DNA of 64,000 bases, taken from assembly GCF_963921235.1 (NCBI RefSeq), contig NC_086097.1, positions 222,210,001 through 222,274,000 on the forward strand. Direction: 5' to 3'. The notes under the pieces were generated by a model. The model was not told the DNA's origin and did not search any database. It was given only the letters and a program-made list of their open reading frames with translations. This stretch comes from Mobula hypostoma. Taxonomy: Eukaryota. Made by a program: the position numbers and the translations under genes. Below, one piece after another: positions 1-12,916 of the stretch; position 1 is the stretch's first letter; the number at the start of each line of letters is the position of its first letter.

Positions 1-754
1 TAGGGGTGTTGTGGTGAGAGATTTTAATTTCCCAAATATTGATTGGCATCTCCCCAGAGTGAGGGGTTTAGATGGAGTGGAGTTTGTTAGGTGTGTTCAG
101 GAAGGTTTCTTGACACAGTATGTAGATAAACCTACAAGAGGAGAGGCTGTACTTGATCTGGTATTAACCTGGTCAGGTGTCAGGTCTCTCAGTGGGAGAG
201 CATTTTGGAGATAGTGATCACAATTCTATTTCCTCTACCATAGCATTGGAGAGGGATAGGAACACACAAGTTAGGAAAGTGTTTAATTGGAGTAAGGGGA
301 ACTATGAGGTTATCAGGCAGGACTTGGAAGCATAAATTGGAAACAGATGTTCTCAGGGAAACGTACAGAAGAAATATGGCAAATATTCAGGGGATATTTG
401 CGTGGGGTTTTGAATAGGTACGTTCCAATGAGACATGGAAAGGATGGTAGGGTACAAGATCCGTGGTGCACAAAGGCTGTTGTAAATCTAGTCAAGAAGA
501 AGAGCTTATGAAAGGCTCAAAAAACTAGGTGATGACATGAATCAGGAAGATTACAAGGCTAGCAGGAAGGAGCTTAAGAATGAAATTTGGAGAGCCAGAA
601 GGGGCCATGAGAAGGCCTTGGCAGACAGGATTAAGGAAAACCCCAAGGCATTCTACAAGTATGTGAAGAGCAAGAGGATAAGATGTGAGAGAACAGGACT
701 AATCAAGTGTGAAAGTAGAAAAGTGTGTATGGAAGCGGAGGAGATAGCTGAGGT
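1..754 (+). mobile_element. CR1 LINE ORF2 fragment (APE endonuclease C-terminal part and linker), 5' part of a copy interrupted by an L1
   Basis: Translations DFNFPNIDW...FLTQYVDKPTRGEAVLDLVL, GDSDHNSI and KENPKAFYKYVKSKR; collinear with the CR1 copies at 26860-29578 and 58983-62977. Confidence 0.92.
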
Positions 755-759
755 CCGCT

Positions 760-1632
760 ATGTCTAAGAATGGGAAAGACAGCAAACCTCCGGTTAGACC
801 GAAAGTTACCGACCCCCCTCCGATTGAACCAGCGGTAACTACGCAAGCTATATCGGATCTGATTCGTGCGGAAATTTCAACTACTATATCGGATCTGATT
901 TGTGTGGAATTTTCAACTATTATATCGGATCTGATTCGTGCAGAAATTTCAACTAAACTGCAGAAAATTATCGATGAAATTGATAAAATGAAAACATCTA
1001 TCACTGAACATCAGACTGCTATATCTAATCTCCATATATCCATGCAACAAAATGAACTCAAGATGGGGAAAATTGAAGAAACAATTACTGTAATGAAGAA
1101 AAAACTTGACTTTCTGACCTTTAAAAATTCTGACTTAGAATGCAGAATGCGACGACAGCACATTCGAATTATTGGTATTCGTGAAGCTGCTGAATCTGAT
1201 GACCCTATAAAGTTTTTCTCTCAACTTTTAAAAGATTCATTTCCCACCTTATTTCCTGACCAACCACCACTATTGGATGGGGCTCACAGAGTCCCATTAT
1301 ATTCGCCTAAGTCAGATAAACCTCGGCATGTTATTTTACGATTTCATTATTTTCAAGACAAGGAGAAGCTGCTTCGCTTTGCTCTACCTAAAGGTTACAT
1401 TGATTTCTCGGGTCTTTGCTTTTGATTAGTGGAAGATTTTAGTAAACAGGTTCGTGATCAACATGTCCGTTACAGATCTGTGATGTCGGAATACATCAAG
1501 ATGGATTTAAAACCAGTGTTGCTTTATCCCGCACATTTGAGGATTCGATCGTCTGATGGGTCTTCCTGTTTTTTCAACTCTCCATCGGAAGCCCAGAGTT
1601 ACCTGGATCAACTCTTGCCTTCAATATCTTAA
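760..1632 (+). pseudogene. L1 ORF1 (Transposase_22-like: coiled coil, RRM, CTD), one in-frame stop at 1423-1425
   Basis: ORFs 760-1425 and 1429-1632 share a frame; DLECRMRRQHIRIIGI, AHRV, PRHVILRF, EDFS and LLYPAHLRI match L1 ORF1p motifs. Confidence 0.9.
849..955 (+). repeat. 3 x 36-bp tandem repeat in L1 ORF1 (ISDLIRAEISTT-type units)
   Basis: Units TATATCGGATCTGATTCGTGCGGAAATTTCAACTAC start at 849, 885 and 921. Confidence 0.95.
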
Positions 1633-2329
1633 TCGCACTATTAAATCATCTCTGTTTGATCGGAGGCAGTTAATCTGTTGGGTTTAATTTTTTTTTTGCT
1701 TTATATGAGGGCAGAAAAGTTTTTTTTTGGTTTAATTAATATGATTGCCAAACTTTTTTTTTTAACTGCGTCATTCCTTTCTTCTTCCCTGGGGATTCTG
1801 GGTGGCTATTCCCTCAGCGTCATTTTACGTATATCCCTGGAGGCCTTAAACTTTGTAGTTTTCAAACGTACTTTTTGTAGTTTTCTTGGCTAGTCTATGC
1901 TAATATTTCATTTTCTTGTTTAATTATACGGTCTGTTGTAGGTTAACGTTTTTCTTTATATGTACCTATTTTTTCTTTGTATTATATCGTTTTCGTTTTA
2001 ATCGGTGTATTTTTTTTTATTCCTTTACTGTTTTATAACTTTAGCTGATCTTTTTATATATACACTTTTTTTTAGTGAGCGTCTATCGGAAGTCATGGGG
2101 GTAGTTCTAGTGCTCGCTTCTTTCTGGCTGGTCTATCTTAGATTTAACTTTGCGGGTACAGGCTGGGGGGGGGGCTTCACTTTTTAGTTTTGCTTTCTTC
2201 TTGGGCTACTTATATTACCGAAGTATTGGTCGCGTTCTCTTTCCCGTTATCTCTTGTTTATTCTGTTCCCTTTCCGGGTTCGTGGGTCGAATATAATCCT
2301 CCTTTATTTGAGGGTTGACTTTAGGGATT

Positions 2330-5300
2330 ATGGAGTCTACTATTAGTTTTGTCTCTTGGAATACTAATGGTCTTAATCATCCAATAAAATGGAAAAAAAA
2401 GTTTTTAAAGTATTCCGGAGACTTAAAGCACATATTCTATTTTTACATAAGACCCATGTGCGGAGGGGGGACAGGCTATGTTTTTTTAAGTTCTGGAAGG
2501 ATCAACACTTCCATTCGAATTCCAACGCTAAAATTCGAGGAGTTTCTATTTTTATAGATCCCTCAATCACTTTTGTACAACACGATATTATTTCTGATCC
2601 GAATGGTAGATTTCTATTGGTTAGTGGTTTACTCTTTAATAAAAAGGTAGTTTTGGTTAACATCTATGTTCCCAACATGGACTGTCCGGAATTTTATAAA
2701 TCATTATTTAATTTGTTCCCGAATTTGAATGAGTTTTCACTAATTTGGGGCGGGGATCTTAATACTTGTTTATTCCCATTATTGGACCGTTCGGCTCCTT
2801 TACAGACTCTACCCAATAAATCTGCAACCTTGATTAATTCATTTCTCTCAGATTCCAGGTCGACGGACATTTGGCGTTTTTTGCATCCTCAGGAAAAAGA
2901 TTTTTCTTTTTCTTCCACATGTTCATCATTCCTATTCAAGAATTGAATTTTTTTTATTGACTCTCGTCTTATTTCTTCAGTGGTTAAATGTGAATATGAC
3001 TCTATAACCATTTCGGATCATGCTCCACTTAAGCTTTCTATTAAAATATTGGCCAATACACAAAATAATAGATAATGGCGTTTTAATTCGCTGTTGCTCC
3101 TGGATTCGGATTTTGTTAACTTTATGAATGAACAGATTGATCTCTTTTTTACAATCAACTGTACAGAGGATATATCCATGAATACCCTTTGGGATACTTT
3201 TAAAGCTTATATTCGTGGTCAGATCATCTCGTATTCTGCTGCTTTGAGGAAGAGGTTGAAGGAGGAGGAGCTGGTTATTGAGGACAAGATTAAGGAAATT
3301 GATAAGAAATATGCTACAGCTCCCTCTGAGAAGTTGTATGAACAAAGAACTGAACTTCAAATGGAACACAGTTTATTACTTTCGTCCTCTATTGCAAATC
3401 AATTAATGAAAACAAGAAGCGAATTTTATATACATAGTGACAAAGTTGGTAAACTGTTGGCTAATCAGTTGAAGACTAACTATACTATAACTAACTATAC
3501 TATACTATAACTATAATTTATCAGATTTATAATCAAAAAGATCAACTGATATTTGATCAAGCTGAGATTAATCAATCCTTTTTTTGACTTTTATTTCTCC
3601 TTATATCAATCAGTCTCCACGAGACTCTAAACATATGTATGACTTTTTAGATAACCTAGATTTCCCTAAGATTTCACATGATAAATCTTCTATGTTAGAC
3701 ACTTCCTTTACCACTGATGAGATTAAGAATGTTATTTTTTCTATGAACCCGGGGAAAGCTCCTGGTCCTGATGGGTTTACTGCGAAATTTTATAAATTTT
3801 TTGCATCCTCATTAATCTCTTGGTTATTCAGGATTCTGGAGGCCTCATTAAAACTTGGTAAACTTCCCGAATCCTTTTATAGAGCATCGATCTCTTTAAT
3901 ATTAAAGAAGGATGAAGATCCTGCTCAATGTGCATCTTATAGACCAATATCCTTATTAAATATTGACTCTAAAATTTTTTCTAAATTATTAGCAAACAGA
4001 TTAGAAAAAGCACTTCCTTGTATTATTTCGGAAGACCAAACGGGTTTTATTAAAGGTCGTTACTTTTTTTATATTATTCGTACACTGTTAAACATTGTCT
4101 ACACCCCGTCACAAAATGATCCTGAATGCGTCATTTCCTTAGACGCTGAAAAAGCCTTCGACAGAGTCGAACGGCCTTACTTATTTAAGGTGCTTGAAAT
4201 GATTAATTTCAGCCCGAAATTTATATCCTGGATCAAATTGTTATATCATTCTCCTATGGCCTCAGTTCATACCAACTCTTTAAACTCACCTTTTTTTCCT
4301 TTTTTTCGAGGTACCAGACAAGGTTGTCCTCTTAGTCCTTTATTATTTGATATTGCATTAGAACCTCTAGCAATTGCTATTCGAGAATCTCCAAATATTA
4401 TTGGTGTAACTCATGGTTTAAAGTCTCATAAAGTATCACTTTATGCTGATGACTTACTTTTATATATTTCTAATCCTCAAAAAACTATTCCTGCTGCTTT
4501 AGAGTTATTAGCACAATTTAGTCTTTTTTCAGGTTATAAGTTAAATCTCAGTAAGAGTGAACTTCTCCCGATTAATAAGCAAGTTGCCTTATATCAGAAC
4601 CTCCCATTTAAATTGGTTAATAATCATTTTTCATATCTTGGGATTAAAATTACCTGTAAACATATGGATTTATTTAAGACTAATTTCCTACTCTTAATTG
4701 ATCACATTACTCTCATTTAAATGGTCTCCACTTTATTTAACTTTGGTCGTATTAATGCTGTTAAGATGTTTATTCTGCAAAATTTTTATATGTATTTCAG
4801 GCACTACCGATTTTTGTTCCAAAATCCTTTTTTGATAAAGTTGACTCTAAAATTTCTCCATTTATTTGGCAAAATAAAAACCCGAGATTGGGTAGAATAC
4901 ATCTACAGAAAGCTAAGAGAGATGGAGGTTTGGCATTACCTAACTTTAGATTCTATTATTGGGCAATTAATATTCGACACATGAAATTTTGGTTACTTGA
5001 TCAAGATACACTATCCATTCCTAAATGGGTAGTATCGGAATTACAATCTGCTCAAGGTTATGCACTTGGCTCCATTTTAGGTTCTTCTCTTCCTTTCGAT
5101 TTGAAACGCCACAAACGGGTTTGTAACCCGATAGTTAAATATACCTTACGTATTTGGTTTCAATTCCGAAAATTTTTCGATCTTAATCAATTTGGGCTTG
5201 CGATTCCTATTTTAGGCAACATATTCTTTCCCCCCTCTTCCACGGACTATGCCTTTCAAATTTGGAAGACTAATGGTATATCACAGTTTTTGGATTTATT

Positions 5301-6116
5301 TTTAGATGGCTCCCTTTTGTCTTTTGAACAATTATCTAACAAATATAACTTACCAAGAATACAATTTTTAAATATCTCCAAGTTAGAAATTTCCTAAGTA
5401 CTATACTCTTTTCCTTTCCGACGTTACCTCCTACATATATTTTAGATACTATAATTAACCTTAACCCATGTCAGAAAGGTGTAACGGCTATTATTTATAA
5501 TACTATCGTGAAACTTAGGAAAGCTCCATTCGATAAGATTAGGTCAGATTGGGAAAAGGAATTGGGCTTTATTATCTTGGCGGATGACTGGGCGCATATT
5601 TTACAACTATTCAATACTTCCTCTATCTGTTCCAAACATTCCCTAATTCAATTTAAAGTTGTTCATACAGCACATATGTCTAAAGATAAATTAGCTCGTT
5701 TTTATTCTCATATTAACCCTCTTTATGACAGATGTCATGGGGAGATAGCTTCCTTAACTCATATGTTTTGGTCCTGTCCTACTTTGGAAACTTTTTGGAA
5801 AGACATTTTTAATATTATTTCAAAAGTGTTGAATATAGATATTTCTCCCCATCCTATTACTGCTATCTTTGGATTACCTAAAATTTCCAGTAATCTTTCC
5901 CCTTCAGCCTGTAGAATGATTGCATTTCTTACTTTAACAGCGAAATGATGTATTTTACAATATTGGAAGGAAATTAATGCCCCAACTATGTTCTTTTGGT
6001 TTTCTCAGACGATACTGTGTTTAAATTTGGAGAAAATCAGAAGTAATCTTTATGATACTTCAGTTAAATTTGAATAGACCTGGAGATCTTTTATTCAACA
6101 TTTTCATTTAATGTAA
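2330..6116 (+). pseudogene. L1 ORF2 (APE endonuclease, RT, Cys/His knuckle), multiple frameshifts and stops
   Basis: Pieces 2330-2557, 2389-2946, 3094-3510, 3584-4720 (GKAPGPDGF, YRPISLLN, LYADD), 4888-5397 (GGLALPN) and 5508-5948; terminal TAA at 6114-6116. Confidence 0.92.
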
Positions 6117-6506
6117 TTTTTTTTTCTCTTTGCCCATATTTACATTCCCTTCTTGCTTTTTAACTGTTTTTAATGGAGGTCGGGTTTGAGGATGTGATTG
6201 TTTTAAGTTGTTTAAGTCTACTTGATACCTAGTTAGCTCATTGCTTTGCTTTGCTTTTTAGATTAGTTGCATGGTGGGTTTTTTTGGGGGGGTGGTTTTG
6301 GGTTTTTTCTTCTCCTTATTGATATGTATGGAAAATTAGTATACTATTATATTACCTTGTTATTTTATATCTAAACTGCACTGTTTGTACTAACTTTTTT
6401 TTGTGTATTAATATCACTTGTAAATTTATATTGCAACAGTGTATTAGTGTCTACATGGTTTACCTTTTGTGTACTAATTCAATAAAAAGATTTAAAAAGA
6501 AAGAAA

Positions 6507-8284
6507 GAAGAGCAATAGGATAAGTCGTGAGAGAATAGGACAAATCAAGTGTGACAATGGAAAAGTATGTATGGAACTGGAGGAAATAGCGGAGGTACTT
6601 AATGAATACTTTGCTTCTTGGATCTTGGCAATTGTAGGGATGACTTGCAGTGGACTGAAAAGCTTGAGAATGTAGGTATTAAGAAAGCGGATGTGCTGGA
6701 GCTTTTGGAAAGCATCAAGTTGGATAAGTCAGTGGGACTGGATGGGATGTATCCCAGGCTACTGTGGGAAGCGAGGGAAGAGATTGCTGAGCCTCTGGCA
6801 ATAATCATTATATCATCAATGAGGACGGGAGAGGTTCCGGAGGATTGAAGGGTTGTGGATGTTGTTCCCTTATTCAAGAAAGGGAGTAGGGATAGCCCAG
6901 GAAATTATAGGCCAGTGAGTTTTACTTCAGTGGTTGGTAAGTTGATGGAAAAGATCCTGAGAGGCAGGATTTATGAACATTTGGAGAGGCATAATTTGAT
7001 TAAGAATAGTCAGCATGGCTTTGTCAAAGGCAGGTCATGTCTTACGAGACTGACTGAAGTTTTTGAGTATGTGACTAAGCACATTGATGAAGTTGGAGCT
7101 GTAGATGTAGTGTATATGGATTTTAGCAAGGCATTTGATAAGATATCCCATGCGAGGCTTATTGAGAAAGTAAGGAGGCATGGGATCCAAGGGGACATTG
7201 CTTTGTGGATCCAGAACTGGCTTGCCCATGGAAGGCAAAGTGTGGTTGTAGATGGGTCATATTCTGCATGGAGGCCGGTGACCAGTGTTGTGCCTCAGGG
7301 ATCTGTTCTGGGGCCCCTACTCTTTGTGATTTTTATAAATGACCCGGATGAGGAAGTGGAGGGATGAGTTAGTAAATTTGCTGATGACACAAAGGTTGGG
7401 GGTGTTGTGGATAGTGTGGAGAGCTGTCAGAATTTACAACGGGACATTGATAGGATGCAAAACTGGGCTGAGAAGTGGCAGATGGAGTTCAACCCAAACA
7501 AGTGTGAGGTGGTTCATTTTGGTAGGTCAAATATGATGGGATTAATGGTAAGACTCTTGGTAGTGTGGAGGATCAGAGAGATCTTGGGGTCTGAGTCCAT
7601 AGGACACTCAAAGCTGCTATGCAGATTGACTCTGCGGTACAGTGCATTGGCCTACGTCAATCGTGGGATTGAGTTTAAGATCTGAGAGGTTATGTTACAG
7701 CTATATAGGACCCTGGTCAGACCCCACTTGGAGTACTGTGCTCAGTTCTGGTTGCCTCACTACAGGAAGGACATGGAAACTATAGAAAGAGTGCAGAGGA
7801 GATTTGCAAGGATGTTGCCTGGGTTGGGGAGCATGCCTTATGAGAATAGGTTGAGTGAACTTGGCCTTTTCTCCTTGGAGTGACGGAGGATGAGAGGTGA
7901 CCTGATAGAGGTGTACAAGATAATGAGAGGCATTGATCATGTGGATAGTCAAAGGCTTTTCCCCAGGGCTGAAGTGGCTAGCATGAGAGGGCATAGTTTT
8001 AAGGTGCTTGGAAGTAGGTACAGAGGAGATATGAGGGGTAAGTTTATTTTTTACGCAGAGAGTGGTGAGTGTGTGGAATGGGCTGCTGGCTGTGGTGGTG
8101 GAGGTGGAAATGATAGGGTCTTTTAAGAGATTCTTGGATGGCTACATGGTGCTTAGAAATATGGAGGGCTATGGGTAAAGCCTAGGTAGATCTAAGATAG
8201 GGACATGTTCGGCACAGCTTTGTGGGCCGAAGGGCCTGTATTGTGCTGTATGTTTTCTATGTTTCTATCTTTCTATGTTTCTAT
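6507..8284 (+). mobile_element. CR1 LINE, 3' part (RT, 3' UTR, TTTCTATG-type tail)
   Basis: [35 protein letters not shown] and RGDLIEVYKI; 3' hairpin GGGCCGAAGGGCCTG; octamer tail at ~8253-8284. Confidence 0.95.
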
Positions 8285-8849
8285 TATGGAGTCTGGACTT
8301 GGTTCAGTCCCACGTAGCCACAGTAAGTAAATATCAGCATAAAAATGTACATGGATAAGCACAGCTGGCTGCCTGGATCTGTTATGATCCATTCAAATGT
8401 TTTGAATGTTTCACATCATATCAGGGCAATGTACACTCATAGAATACTCTCAAATGGAATGTGTGTGCTAAACGCAAAATTATCCGGAAATAATTTTGTT
8501 TCAGTGATAATCTTACTGGCATACAACAGTTCATCATGTTGATAATTTTCATGTTCAAGCATATTCAAAAACATCTTGAGCATGTTTATTTTCATAAAAA
8601 AGTAAGCAATTAAGTAATTGCTTATTGATGCAGGCAAATTCTGCTATAAACAACAATATACCGATTTTCAGTAGAATTCAGTTCTAATTGTTATAGACTT
8701 ACTAAACTGTTTAAAAATCTATCCTACGTCTCATTCTTTCTGTCATGCCTATTTGTATCACACCTGGGTTAGATATTCTCTTCATAAATGTTTCATTTAT
8801 AATGGAAACTGCCTACATTGTTATATCCTTCTGATAATGTCAGCCTTAA

Positions 8850-10620
8850 TTTTGCACTTCACAGATCCCTGCTCTATCAAAGTGAGAATCATTATTTTGA
8901 ATAAATGAATGTATAATCATTTTTTCTGTTAAATCCTAAGATCATCAGAGAACATTTTCAGTTCAGCTATTTTTTTCTGATCCTCTTTGCTCTCAAAACT
9001 GCGTGTCAACTATCTCCTCCTTCACTGTTATTTAGGAAATATCCTCTTCCATTGTAAAGACAGATGCAAAGAATACATTTAGTATCTTAACAGTGCCCTG
9101 AATTCCATGCACAAGTTCCCATTTTTGACATTGATGAGGCCACTCTTTAATGTGTTACTCTTTTTCTATTTATATTCTATAGAACACTTCTGGATTTCCA
9201 GTTATGTCGACAGTTAATCTTTTTCCCACAGACTCTCTTTGTCTCTTATTTTAATTTGCACTACATATGCAACTTTTTTATAATTAATCTGTTTCACAAT
9301 TATATTTAAAATCAAGCACTTGTCAGTCAGGTTTAACATCTTCTGCTTTAATCCAGAGAGCTGTAGATTTGCCTGTTTATCCTTTATGAAACATAGTATA
9401 TGCTCCAACCATACCTGAAGTGTCTTTTTATTGTCCTGTTACAACTTCAGTTGTTAACTTTTAGTTTAAATTTATCTGGGCTAGAGCCACTCTCATTCCT
9501 TTGAATTTGGCCTTCCTCTAACTATTTTTACTATGAATTGTTTCTTCTCCTTTTCTATAACATTATACAATTAAGGTTAGTTATGATCACTATATGCTAA
9601 AGCCTCCCCAATGGAGACTTAGTGCATTTGATCCACTTCCCCATACCATGAAATGCCTTCTTTCTCATTAGATCAGTAAAATGCATTTTAGAAAATTGTC
9701 CTGGGCACATTCTAGAAATCCGTCATTTTCTTTGATGTTAATGCTCCTTGTATCCCAATTTTAAATGGGATGATTAAAGTCCCCTTTACAACTAGACTAT
9801 TCCTATTTTCCCTTCTATATCTCTCCCATTAGGATATTGCTAGTCGTGTTTCTTAGCTCTAAGTAGACAGATAGTCTTTGACTTCTCTATGACATTCCCT
9901 CTTCAACATCTTAAGTTTCTTTTCCTTCCCTATCATCTATGAACACTTTATATACAGGAATATTTAATGCCCAGTCCTGCTTCCTTCTTTGCCAAGTTTC
10001 TATTAAAGCCACTGCCTCATACTGTCACCTATTCAACTTTGCCTGCGGTTCACCACCCTTATCTAGCACACTCTGCACATTCTCATACATGAATAGTAAA
10101 ACAAAGACTCAGTTGACACTGTTAAATATCAGCTCAAAACCCATTTATTTAACCTTGTTTTTTGATTAACATCATTTTGACCTTTATTTTTATGTTAGGA
10201 CATGGAACTATATTGTGTAGATGAAAAGTGTTCCATAAATAAATAAATTATTATTATTATAAATGTGGTTGATATTTGAATGCTGTTTTCACTGAAAATC
10301 CTTACATTGACCTAAGCGAGTATGAATCACATTTCCCATTTCTTTTTGCATTGTCTTTAATTTTATCTAGTATTTTTTTTTCAATTCTGCGTCTCTATTT
10401 GTTGGTCCTTGCCTAAGCACTCCCTCACCTGACCTCACCGCACCTTTTCTTACTAGCTTAGCAATTTTTTCCTTCTAATTCTACCCTCAAATGCCCTTGC
10501 CCATGCCAAACGGGCTTAAATACTTCTCAATAGCATGAGTAAACTCCCTACAAAGATATCGGTCCCCTTGCTGTTTTGTGAAATCTCTCTGGCTTGTAGA
10601 GTTACAAATTCCCCATAAAT
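8850..10620 (-). mobile_element. Highly decayed CR1 (ORF1 end plus endonuclease region)
   Basis: Reverse strand shows GDFN at ~9770-9790, an ETW..QDWALNI-like segment at ~9960-10000 and an ORF1-end-like LYKP..GTDI segment at ~10555-10600. Confidence 0.55.
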
Positions 10621-10689
10621 TCTCAGCAAAAGAGAGAGAGAGCTAGAAACAGGGAGGACCTCTCAAGGGTGGAGGACCAAATATGTACT

Positions 10690-11250
10690 TCGAGGAGGAA
10701 GATGTGAATGAATCCTGAATAAATACTTTGCATCAGAATTTATCAAGGAGGATATGTAAGATCAGTGTGGAAGATAATCGGGTTGCAAGATAAAGAAAGC
10801 CATCGTGTTGGGTCTCCTAGGGAACATTAAGGTGAATGAAACCCCAGGGCCTCATGGGATACACCCCAGGTTATGGAAAGAGGCAGAAGATGACATTGCT
10901 AGGACCTTAATCAAGATCCTCATATCATCTCTACCCACATGCAAGTCCCCTGAGGAGTGGAAATTAGCTAATGTTGCTCCTTTCTTCAAGAAGAGAACCC
11001 TAGAAACTATAATGACTACTGATCAGTCTCATATCAGTGGTATGGAAGCTTTGGAGAGGATTCTTGAGATAGGATTTTTGAGCATTCAGAAAAATCATGG
11101 CCTTGTTAGGGACAGTCAGCATGGTTTTATGTATGTCAGGTCATGTTTTACTAACTTGATTGAAATTGTCAAGGAGGTGACAAAGGTAAGTGACAAACCT
11201 AGAACTGTGGATCTTGTCCACGTGGATTTTAGTATGGCATCTCCAAAATA
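10690..11250 (+). mobile_element. Decayed CR1 RT N-terminal fragment
   Basis: ORF 10805-11251: PGPHGIHPRL, WKLANVAPFFKK, SQHGF, SCFTNLIE, VDFS. Confidence 0.85.
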
Positions 11251-11332
11251 ATAGAAGTATATCTAATGAAGACATATTAAAAGACTGTGTAAACATAAAA
11301 CAAAAATAAAATTAATGAAGTAGTTCATTTAC

Positions 11333-11503
11333 CTCTTTCAGGGGTTCAGTGACTGCATCAGCAGTTGAACTCAACGGCAGAACAGTGAGATGTGCCAGCA
11401 TCTGCCCTCCTGCTAGCCTCATTTGACCTTCTCTTTGGAACTGCACGGTTTCAGTGGTGGAGCTGGTGATGAGGTTTGGAAATTGCTCAGCATCATGAGA
11501 TGC
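11333..11503 (-). CDS. Candidate exon of an unidentified host transcript (171 nt, phase 0-0)
   Basis: Apparently unique sequence; acceptor TCCCTCCACACTGACAG|G, donor GAG|GTAAAT; only one frame open: ASHDAEQFPNLITSSTTETVQFQREGQMRLAGGQMLAHLTVLPLSSTADAVTEPLKE. Confidence 0.3.
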
Positions 11504-11625
11504 CTGTCAGTGTGGAGGGAGTACTGCTGGACACACTGTGTTTGACAGGTCAACGCAATAGCCCAGATCCAGGGAACGCTGCCAATTTAAAGTTCCAGTG
11601 CAGTATTTCCAATGACATACTGCAG

Positions 11626-12916
11626 AATTCAGCATGGATTCCTTAAAGGAAAATCCTGTCTGACAAACCTATTACAATTTTTTGAGGAAATTACCAGGAG
11701 GCTAGACAAGGGAGATGCAGTGGATGTTGTATATTTGGATTTTCAGAAGGCCTTTGACAAGGTGCCACACATGAGGCTACTTAACAAGATAAGAGCCCAT
11801 GGAATTACAGGAAAGTTACATACATGGATAGAGCGTTGGCTGATTGGCAGGAAACAGAGAGTGGGAATAAAGGGATCCTGTTCTGGTTGGCTGCCAGTTA
11901 CCAGTGGTGTTCCACAGGGATCAGTGTTGGGGCCGCTTCTTTTTACATTGTACATCAACGATTTGGATTATGGAATAGTTGACTTTGTGGCTAAGTTTGC
12001 TGATGATACGAAGATAGGTGGAGGGGTCGGTAGTGCTGAGGAAACGGAGAGTCTGCAGAGAGACTTGGATAGATTGGAAGAATGGGCAGAGAAGTGGCAA
12101 ATGAAGTACAATGTTGGAAAGTGTATGGTTATGCACTTTGGCAGAAAAAAATAAATGGGCAGACTATTATTTAAATGGGGAAAGAATTCAAAGTTCTGAG
12201 ATGCAACAGGACTTGGGAGTCCTCGTACAGGATACCCTTAAAGTTAACCTCGAGGTTGAGTCAGTAGTGAAGAAGGCGAATGCAATGTTGGCATTCATTT
12301 CTAGAGGAATAGAGTATAGGAGCAGGGATGTGATGTTGAGGCTCTATAAGACGCTGGTGAGACCTCACTTGGAGTACTGTGGGCAGTTTTGATCTCCTTA
12401 TTTAAGAAAGGATGTGCTGACATTGGAGAGGGTACAGAGAAGATTCACTAGAATGATTCCAGGAATGAGAGCGTTAACATATGAGGAACATTTGTCCGCT
12501 CTTGGACTGTATTCCTTGGAGTTTAGAAGAATGAGGGAAGACCTCATAGAAACATTTCGAATGTTAAAAGGCATGGACAGAGTGGACGTGGCAAAGTTGT
12601 TTCCCGTGAGGGGGAGAGGGCATGACTTAAGGATTGAAGGGCGCCCTTTCAGAACAGAAATGCGAAGAAATTTTTTCAGTCAGAGGGTGGTGAATTTATG
12701 GAATTTGTTGCCACGGGCAGCAGTGGAGGCCAAGTCATTGAGTGTATTTAAGGCAGAGATTGATAGGTATCTGAGTAGCCAGGGCATCAAAGGTTCTGGT
12801 GAGAAGGCAGGGGAGTGGGACTAAATAGGAGAATGGATCAGCTCATGATAAAATGGCGGAGCAGACTTGATGGGCCGAATGGCCTACTTCTGCTCCTTTG
12901 TCTTATGGTCTTATGG
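11626..12916 (+). mobile_element. 5'-truncated CR1 (second family, TCTTATGG tail)
   Basis: ORFs 11612-12154 (YLDFQKAFD, FADD), 12111-12392 and 12414-12824; 3' GGGCCGAATGGCCTAC hairpin and (TCTTATGG)2. Confidence 0.95.

Larger units (their letters stand above)
755..6506 (+). mobile_element. L1-clade LINE, near full length (5' UTR missing), degenerate
   Basis: ORF1, spacer, ORF2 (APE SWNTNGLN/GGDLN/SDH; RT QGCPLSP, LYADD; C-terminal RC..HMFWSC knuckle), T-rich 3' UTR, AATAAA at 6481 and an A/AAAG-rich tail. Confidence 0.95.

Noticed and set aside
849..955. 36-bp repeats as a CRISPR array
   Set aside because: Units are contiguous with no spacers, lie in frame within L1 ORF1, and the context is eukaryotic
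8515..8645. Possible minus-strand exon (TTGTTTATAG|CAG...CCA|GTAAGA)
   Set aside because: AT-rich, peptide unrecognised, signals could be chance; not called
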